From: Escherichia phage vB_EcoM_WL-3
Strand: one strand, 5' to 3'
DNA length: 64,000 bases
Sequence record: MT968995.1
Positions 57,734-64,000 of the stretch are shown here, piece by piece. Under the pieces are notes generated by a model, which worked only from the letters and a program-made list of their open reading frames with translations, ran no database searches and was not told where the DNA came from. Positions within the stretch are counted from its first letter, which is position 1. Each line of letters begins with the position of its first letter. A program made the position numbers and the translations under genes.

Positions 57734-59193
57734 AGACCAGTTACCTCATGAAAATCACCAAATACATCCTCGAATGTATTAGCTTTTGTTTTATCTTCAC
57801 GCAAACGAATCGCAATTGGAAGAAATAATTTAACGTAATCAGTGCGACCATCAGATTTTAACCAACCGTTGCATTCGCACTCTAGAATTTTTCCAATATA
57901 ATAATTTTGGTTTTCCATAATGCGAGTACGGTCAAGTTCATGTGATTTTACACCGGCTTTATCTTTTAAGCCTGAACCTGCATTTACTTTAATTTTTCCA
58001 CACTCTGATTCAAGAATAAATCCACCCGCTTTAGTAGGGTCTTTACGGTGAGGATAAATTCCTACAATTTTTAAATCAACATCAATTACTTCTTTAAATT
58101 TATAGAGATTTTTTGAACGAGCATTTTCCCACAATCCATCGGTATTTTTGAGAATAATACCTTCAAGACCCTGGTCAATATACTTTTTATAAATTACCTT
58201 AGCTTCATCTAGGTTATTTACTACCTGGTTTTCAATTAAAATTACTTTATCATATCCTGATGTCATTTGTTCTAGTTTAGAAAAACGTACATCATATTTT
58301 AAACGAAACGCCGGAAGACCGTATATTTCTACCAACGGGACATAATCCCAGACCTGAAACTTCATGCATTTGGCTTCTTTTTCGGAAATGGTTCCTTTTA
58401 AGGATTTATTGGCGATTCCATTAGAAGCAGTACGAGATTCCGCTACTTCGGCGAATTCTTTAGCTTTACTAATTTCAGGATAAGCATCAAAAAGAAAATC
58501 TAGGCCTTCTGGTTCCTTTTTAACTTGCTCATGGTATACCAATTCACCATCAATTAACACACCTTCTGGATGAATCTGGCGGGCTTCAGCAGTCATTTTG
58601 ATTAACTCTTCCTTAAGAAGATCTAATCCTAGATATTCATTACCAGCTCGTGATAAAAGACGAACATCATCTAATTCATCACCTCGGACTTCAGCAAAAC
58701 ACCGAGCTCCATCTGCTTTTAACTGCGCAAAAGCTGGAAACTTGATATTCTTACTAATGCCTTTTTCATCATAAGAACTTGCTAGCATTTGAGGTTGTTC
58801 AGGAATTAAACCTGGCCAAACTTTGTTTGCAATAGATACTGAAGCACCGCATTCAAGGTCTCGCATCATAACTCGACGCAAAACTTCAACATCATCCTTT
58901 TTACCATCAGTGATATATCCAGTTAATTCCTCAATTGCAGCATTTCCAGTCAATTTCCGAGTAGCTAACGTGAATTCAATGAAGTCAAGCATATCGGTAA
59001 TAGTCAGCATTCCAAAACTCTGGGTAGCAATACCAGGTTTAGGCCATTTCTTGATATAATACTGTAACCCACGAGAATAAGTCAGACGATATACTCGTTT
59101 AAGCAATTCATTATTTTTATTCTTTTCAAGAATTGCTTGCTTCTGTTTAGTTGATCCAATAGATGCTATTTCATTCAGAATTTTAAGAATCAT
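57730..59193 (-). CDS. 30: ATP-dependent DNA ligase
   Basis: 487 aa as in T4; adenylation motif KADGAR. Confidence 0.95.
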   Translation of the reverse strand: MILKILNEIASIGSTKQKQAILEKNKNNELLKRVYRLTYSRGLQYYIKKWPKPGIATQSFGMLTITDMLDFIEFTLATRKLTGNAAIEELTGYITDGKKDDVEVLRRVMMRDLECGASVSIANKVWPGLIPEQPQMLASSYDEKGISKNIKFPAFAQLKADGARCFAEVRGDELDDVRLLSRAGNEYLGLDLLKEELIKMTAEARQIHPEGVLIDGELVYHEQVKKEPEGLDFLFDAYPEISKAKEFAEVAESRTASNGIANKSLKGTISEKEAKCMKFQVWDYVPLVEIYGLPAFRLKYDVRFSKLEQMTSGYDKVILIENQVVNNLDEAKVIYKKYIDQGLEGIILKNTDGLWENARSKNLYKFKEVIDVDLKIVGIYPHRKDPTKAGGFILESECGKIKVNAGSGLKDKAGVKSHELDRTRIMENQNYYIGKILECECNGWLKSDGRTDYVKLFLPIAIRLREDKTKANTFEDVFGDFHEVTGL

Positions 59194-59459
59194 TGTTCAT
59201 CCTTCAGAGTTTGATTTACATCTCTATTATAAATCAATTCATCATTAAGCTCAGGCAAAGACTTATGATATGTCGTTCTAACTTTATTTCCTTGCATCCA
59301 GTGCTTGACGTAAATGAAACCTTGCTCTACACATTTTTTAAAAATTCGTTCATCCTTTTGAGCACGGAACTCTGGATTGCATCTAAAAAATTGATTTACG
59401 TGACCATAATCACGTGTAGTATTACCTTCATTTTCATAAATAGTATGAACAACAAACAT
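59190..59459 (-). CDS. hypothetical protein (position of T4 30.1)
   Basis: 89-aa ORF with overlapping stop/start. Confidence 0.5.
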   Translation of the reverse strand: MFVVHTIYENEGNTTRDYGHVNQFFRCNPEFRAQKDERIFKKCVEQGFIYVKHWMQGNKVRTTYHKSLPELNDELIYNRDVNQTLKDEQ

Positions 59460-60298
59460 TAGAATGCTCCTTGAAAAATATTATCACCACTAGTAGGTCT
59501 ATTATACAAATACTCTATGCCACCAGGTTTAATATAGTTCCATGTCTGAAACGGATGTGTCTGATATGGATGATATGGATGATTATAAGGATTTAATCCA
59601 GGCGTTCTCCAGGTAGTGTTCCAAGGAAAAGAATCGTTTTTAACCATCTTCTCAATTAAATCTTTTATAGCTTTTTCACTATCAAAACTTTCTTTATTTT
59701 CCTTCGGCGAAAAAAGCTTATTTTCTACATCATTCCATGTATAAACTCGCTGCGCAGTTTTTGGAATATTGTCACGCTCTCCTCGAGCCATCCAATAAAC
59801 TGGAACATTTAATATTTCACTCGCATGATCGCAGTGATGAGCGAGATCGTCAATATAACAAATTACGTTATATTTCTCTTTTGCCTTTTTGAACAGCTCT
59901 TCTTTTGAAGAATCATGACCACACATCATTACTTCTGAGAAGGCACCAGGAAAAAGAGCGTTCAAATTAAATTGACGATTCAACAGAGCGTCAATAGAAT
60001 CACCCAATGCTGTAACAGCTACAAAATTATAATCTTCTTTTAATTTGTTAATTACACACAGGGCATCTTTATACGGAGACAAGTAACGAATAAAATCTGA
60101 ACGATTGTATTTTTCAATTAACTTGACGCCAAGTTCTTCGTCACAATTAAAGAGTTTACCTGGAGAAATAAATTTCTCATCTTGGATCATTTTTAAAATA
60201 TGTTCTAATGGAAGATTATATTTCTGAGCAAAATAAGGAAGGCCTGATTGCCAGCTTAAACATACTCCATCAATATCAGTCAAAATAGTTGGCTTCAT
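59459..60298 (-). CDS. HAD-superfamily phosphatase-like protein (position of T4 30.2)
   Basis: 279 aa; N-terminal TDIDGV matches HAD motif I DxDG(T/V). Confidence 0.6.
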   Translation of the reverse strand: MKPTILTDIDGVCLSWQSGLPYFAQKYNLPLEHILKMIQDEKFISPGKLFNCDEELGVKLIEKYNRSDFIRYLSPYKDALCVINKLKEDYNFVAVTALGDSIDALLNRQFNLNALFPGAFSEVMMCGHDSSKEELFKKAKEKYNVICYIDDLAHHCDHASEILNVPVYWMARGERDNIPKTAQRVYTWNDVENKLFSPKENKESFDSEKAIKDLIEKMVKNDSFPWNTTWRTPGLNPYNHPYHPYQTHPFQTWNYIKPGGIEYLYNRPTSGDNIFQGAF

Positions 60299-60759
60299 AG
60301 AGAGTCTCTTAATAGGTTTAACACATCAATAAATTCAGCTTCGGTTAGTATTGTATCATCTTTTGTTAGACCACTAGCCATGCTGTGCTTCAAAACTTTT
60401 CCTTTCGAGGCTTGTAATGCATTGCGAAATCCCTTGTTTTGGATCGCTGCTTCAAAATATGCATTTGTGTATAATTCTTTCCATGCTTCGGAATATCTTG
60501 AAAACGGAGTTCCAAGCCAGAACAACGTGCCACGGTCCTGAGCTCTTGCATAAGACCTTCCAGCTTGTTGGGCGGCAAGCCCGGATAACCCAAATATACG
60601 ACGTTGGTGTTCAACATTTTTCACCTTACACCCTTGGAGGAATCCTTCGAGACCTCCAAATTGAATACCATCCATAACGAAAGGCCATTGGGCGAAATTA
60701 CTTAATGCACATGATGGCCATTTAAAATTGCTTCTTATCTCTAGCTCAGACATTTTCAA
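60295..60759 (-). CDS. NADAR/YbiA-like domain protein (position of T4 30.3)
   Basis: 154 aa; LSNFAQWPFVMDGIQFGGLEGFLQGCK resembles NADAR family signature. Confidence 0.5.
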   Translation of the reverse strand: MKMSELEIRSNFKWPSCALSNFAQWPFVMDGIQFGGLEGFLQGCKVKNVEHQRRIFGLSGLAAQQAGRSYARAQDRGTLFWLGTPFSRYSEAWKELYTNAYFEAAIQNKGFRNALQASKGKVLKHSMASGLTKDDTILTEAEFIDVLNLLRDSL

Positions 60760-60952
60760 TACTTATAATTTCAACATCAGCCCAATGACCATAGCAAGGA
60801 AGACGAAATTCAACTGGCCAGTTAGGGTCCTTTTCTAATATAATAGACTGAACTTGTGGCTCTTCATATTCATCGGTATACGGACCTTTATACGTTACTT
60901 TATATGTGACCTTAATGTACTGAATTCCAAAAATCTTATTAATTATATTCAT
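60746..60952 (-). CDS. hypothetical protein (position of T4 30.4)
   Basis: 68-aa ORF. Confidence 0.45.
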   Translation of the reverse strand: MNIINKIFGIQYIKVTYKVTYKGPYTDEYEEPQVQSIILEKDPNWPVEFRLPCYGHWADVEIISIENV

Positions 60953-61146
60953 ACTAATTCCTTTAATCCGTAAATAGGAGATAATTCATCGCCCATACGA
61001 AGGTCTTCATTTCCATCTACCCAGGAAACAATATAAGCCTCTTTTATTTGAATACCACTCCATTTAAATGGAGGTAGAACCTTAGAAATTAATCCAGGTA
61101 TACCAACTCCCTTTAATTCAACAGTTTGACCCAAAAAGAATTTCAT
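60949..61146 (-). CDS. hypothetical protein (position of T4 30.5)
   Basis: 65-aa ORF. Confidence 0.45.
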   Translation of the reverse strand: MKFFLGQTVELKGVGIPGLISKVLPPFKWSGIQIKEAYIVSWVDGNEDLRMGDELSPIYGLKELV

Positions 61147-61433
61147 TAGAACCTCATCTGAAAACCATGCGATTTAACATTACCACCACCAATGTCAGAA
61201 ATATTAATTTCACGCGCAATTGAAGGGTCAATGTCAATTTCACGATTGAGTTTAATGATTGCTAGAGTATCACGTCCATTTACAGTACGGAACTCTAAAG
61301 GACATACTACATTAACGTAGTTTTTAATCGATTCACTGGTAGGCTGCAAATGAGCAGGAATGTCTTTAGGCGCCTTAGAGAAAACCACTTCACAGAAATT
61401 TTTACGGGTATCAAAATAAGTAGTCATAAACAT
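61146..61433 (-). CDS. hypothetical protein (position of T4 30.6)
   Basis: 95-aa ORF. Confidence 0.5.
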   Translation of the reverse strand: MFMTTYFDTRKNFCEVVFSKAPKDIPAHLQPTSESIKNYVNVVCPLEFRTVNGRDTLAIIKLNREIDIDPSIAREINISDIGGGNVKSHGFQMRF

Positions 61434-61474
61434 AGTATTTTCCTCAGTAAGGGGCCGAAGCCCCTCATTTTATT

Positions 61475-61852
61475 TTAAATATCAAATTCGTTAAGAACTA
61501 CATCAAAGATCGCTTCAAGATGCTCAGGTTTAGCTCTGTTACTCAGAATATGACGAATCCAAGTTTTAACCAGAAGCTTACGATTGACGCCATTCCAGCA
61601 AGGATGAGTCCCTAAATCACGTTGACGGAAATCATCATCTAATGCGATTTTAAAAGAAGAACCTTCTTTCGTGATTGAAACCGTGATGCCATTTTCAAAT
61701 CGCATATAAACGTAGTTAGGAGTCATATACTGTTCAATTTCGCATACTGATCCATTTTGATGTTTCCAAAGACAGATAGTATCAATAGAACCTGCAATAC
61801 CGTTAGAAACATATTTACGTTCAAAGTTGATGTAGTTCATTTTATTCTCCAA
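61475..61852 (-). CDS. hypothetical protein (position of T4 30.7)
   Basis: 125-aa ORF; preceded by ggggc-uucg-gcccc hairpin at 61443-61458. Confidence 0.5.
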   Translation of the reverse strand: MENKMNYINFERKYVSNGIAGSIDTICLWKHQNGSVCEIEQYMTPNYVYMRFENGITVSITKEGSSFKIALDDDFRQRDLGTHPCWNGVNRKLLVKTWIRHILSNRAKPEHLEAIFDVVLNEFDI

Positions 61853-61907
61853 GATGTTTAATTGCGGTACAGGTATATAATATCATATCCTGTACCAAAG
61901 TAAACAA

Positions 61908-62240
61908 TTATTTTACTACTTTCCAGTGCTGCATGTCAAGTTTACCAACTTTTTTCATCTTCTCAATTAAGCGTTCTGCACGTTGGCGAGCTGTAACATA
62001 ATACCATTCACCTAATTCATTTTGTTCAATTTTTCCAACGATTACTGTATTCAATTCATAAATCCAACCAGTAAAGAAATTATGAACTTGAATTGTAAAG
62101 GTGAAATCTGTTCCCATACCTTCTGTTGTTTCTACTTCAATAATATCACCTTCAACTGCCATTAAGAACCACATAGTTTCGTTATATTCACCATTGAAAC
62201 ATTTAGCTTTAACCGCAGCGTTCAGATTAATCGTTTTCAT
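61908..62240 (-). CDS. hypothetical protein (position of T4 30.8)
   Basis: 110-aa ORF downstream of early promoter. Confidence 0.5.
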   Translation of the reverse strand: MKTINLNAAVKAKCFNGEYNETMWFLMAVEGDIIEVETTEGMGTDFTFTIQVHNFFTGWIYELNTVIVGKIEQNELGEWYYVTARQRAERLIEKMKKVGKLDMQHWKVVK

Positions 62241-62270
62241 TTTATTCTCCTTTGTTTGTGTAAGATAATA

Positions 62271-62300
62271 CTATCACAAAGGAACCATACTGTAAACAAC
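62271..62300 (-). promoter_or_regulatory. T4 early-type sigma70 promoter
   Basis: Minus strand cacaaagttGTTTACA, 17 nt, TGaTAGTAT; same cassette as at 5105-5134 and 5436-5465. Confidence 0.5.
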
Positions 62301-62317
62301 TTTGTGCAATCTTTGGA

Positions 62318-62347
62318 AAATAAAAAAGGACTCCCGAAGGAGTCCTC
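62318..62347 (-). terminator. rho-independent terminator after 30.9-like ORF
   Basis: Minus strand aggactcc-uucg-ggagucc followed by UUUUUAUUUU. Confidence 0.7.
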
Positions 62348-62350
62348 AAC

Positions 62351-62569
62351 TTATGCTTTCTGCTTACCAAAACGAGAAGCATCATCTCGAAGAACCGCAC
62401 GTGCTCGGCGCATGATCTTCTCAACAGTTTGATTGATACGAGAGTTCGACCCACGCTTGTAACCAGCGCGTTTAGAATCACCAACTTTCTTTTCAACTGC
62501 TTTCTTTGCTTTAGCTTGTTTTGCCATTATAAATTCTCTTTTAAATGAAAATGCAGGACTTATTGGCAT
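62351..62569 (-). CDS. small highly basic protein (position of T4 30.9)
   Basis: 72 aa Lys/Arg-rich; alternative start at internal MAKQ (62527) possible. Confidence 0.45.
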   Translation of the reverse strand: MPISPAFSFKREFIMAKQAKAKKAVEKKVGDSKRAGYKRGSNSRINQTVEKIMRRARAVLRDDASRFGKQKA

Positions 62570-62721
62570 TGCCTGCGAAAGCCCTCAAGGGGTACTTAGG
62601 TTTTGAATATTTACCGGCAGGATAACCATAAACCTCGTCAACATTCAAGAGGTACACCGTAAAACAAAGTTCGACGGCTCCTCGATTTTAGCTCACACTA
62701 AGGCAGTGAATCTCCAATAAA

Positions 62722-62970
62722 TTACTTCAGTGTTACCACAAAGTGACGAACTGCTTTTCGTGCAGCAGAAGCCAGAGGCTTAGCATATTTAAGTTCATCT
62801 TTTTCCTGGAGCTCAGCAGCTAATGCAGTTTGAGCAGGATTCAGATGTTTGAAATAACGCAGGATTTCAAGGGCTTCGGCTTCAACATCAATAGATGCGC
62901 CATAGTTTTCGTGACCATTATTCCATGCGTTTCGTTGCAGTTCAAGAGCGTGTTGTAATTGTTTAATCAT
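62722..62970 (-). CDS. rIII: rIII lysis-inhibition accessory protein
   Basis: 82 aa as in T4; position between gene 31 and 30.x cluster. Confidence 0.8.
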   Translation of the reverse strand: MIKQLQHALELQRNAWNNGHENYGASIDVEAEALEILRYFKHLNPAQTALAAELQEKDELKYAKPLASAARKAVRHFVVTLK

Positions 62971-63117
62971 TTAAAAATTCTCGTTAGAGATTAAAACTCG
63001 GTAGTCACGTTCTTCTGAATTTCATCTTCTTTCGACAGATCTCTCAGTTGTAGACTACCACATAGAATTGTTCGGTTAACTTATTATTCCGACACCCAAT
63101 TCATATTATTATTTATA

Positions 63118-63453
63118 TCACTTATAAAGACACGGAATAGCTTTATAGTGACAAGTAACGAATTTTTGTTTAATTTCTTTTGGCTGCTTAAGACCCAGAG
63201 CTACAAAAGGATGCGGAACGTTTCGAATTTGACCAACTGGAAGAGAAGTCAAATCACCAACTTCGCAGAAACCTTCAGGAACATCAGGACCAACAGAGTG
63301 AACTACGCACAGTTCAGGAACTTCGCCTTGAACACGTTTACCGATAATAAGTCCTGATTCTGTAACTTCTTCATCACCGGCTTGTGCAGGTTCAGAAACT
63401 AAAATAACGTATTCACCGACAGCACGAATTGGTAGCTGTTGTACTTCAGACAT
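63118..63453 (-). CDS. 31: gp31 GroES-like co-chaperonin
   Basis: 111 aa as in T4. Confidence 0.85.
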
Positions 63454-63483
63454 CGTTTTTCCTTTTTGTTAACAGATGAATTA

Positions 63484-63508
63484 ATAATAACAAATAATTC
63501 TTAAAGCA
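63484..63508 (-). promoter_or_regulatory. MotA-dependent middle promoter for gene 31
   Basis: Minus strand aaTGCTTTAag, 12 nt, TATTAT, about 30 nt upstream of gp31 ATG. Confidence 0.55.
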
Positions 63509-63509
63509 T

Positions 63510-63818
63510 TTATTTACCAATAAATTGAAGTAAATGCTCAACTTTCATGCCATTAACGGAAATCAATTTGTCAATAGAAAAACCTCGCCATGCACCAAGC
63601 TCAACATCAAATACTGGAATCATATCAGTAGATTCTTTCCGAGTAGATTCAGTCAATTTACCGGTTTGCATGGTTGGCATAAAGTCTGCATCACGAGTAC
63701 CTTTCATAGTACGAATAGTACCATCAGACTTTTCAAAAACCACGTTTGAAATACCCATGGACAATTTAGTTTTCAAAATTTCACGAATTGCTACTTTTTG
63801 CTCAGTCGTCAGTTTCAT
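63510..63818 (-). CDS. hypothetical protein (position of T4 31.1)
   Basis: 102-aa ORF with ATG start. Confidence 0.5.
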   Translation of the reverse strand: MKLTTEQKVAIREILKTKLSMGISNVVFEKSDGTIRTMKGTRDADFMPTMQTGKLTESTRKESTDMIPVFDVELGAWRGFSIDKLISVNGMKVEHLLQFIGK

Positions 63819-64000
63819 TTATTTACCTATCACAGTTTTAATATGGGTTGTTCCACGTTCTTTAAGAGTGGAAAGCAATTTTTGGCATTTTTCTAAATCA
63901 GATTTCCAACTATACGGTCTATCAATACAAACCCATTCTGACTTATAATACTGCTTCCATTTAGAGAAAAAATATTTCTTATACTCTACAGCAAATGAAA

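Noticed and set aside
63547-63948. 133-aa plus-strand ORF at the right edge
   Set aside because: Antisense to the 31.1-like gene; the region 63819-64000 has stops in all minus-strand frames with no ATG-initiated ORF

Overview
This window reads as a contiguous block of a T4-like (Tevenvirinae) myovirus genome, with gene order and protein lengths matching the T4 late/structural region almost gene for gene. Minus strand, left to right: a truncated coiled-coil ORF, internal-protein genes, a stable-RNA region, nine tRNAs in two sub-clusters, then 57B-57A-1-3-2-4. Plus strand: baseplate and tail genes 53-5-5.4-6-7-8-9-10-11-12, wac, 13-14-15, terminase 16-17, 18, an HNH endonuclease, 19, and head genes 20-67-68-21-22-23-24. 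Then rnlB, hoc, inh (minus), uvsW and uvsW.1 (plus), uvsY-25-26 (minus), 51-27-28-29-48-54 (plus), and finally two tandem Alt-like ADP-ribosyltransferases, DNA ligase 30, nine small 30.x ORFs, rIII, 31 and 31.1 (minus). I found no CRISPR array, integrase or obviously novel multi-gene system; the notable content is in the accessory points. These are an HNH endonuclease between genes 18 and 19, an HNH-like ORF splitting the tRNA cluster, a tRNA set including Tyr/Asn/CAU, three capsid-targeting-signal cargo proteins, tandem Alt paralogs beside NADAR-like and HAD-like ORFs, and recurring promoter and hairpin cassettes. Several six-frame track starts are TTG artefacts and were trimmed to the in-frame ATG (gp3, gp11, gp20, uvsW.1, ipI-like, the 666 ORF). 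All assignments rest on reading the sequence and recalled family knowledge; no searches were run.
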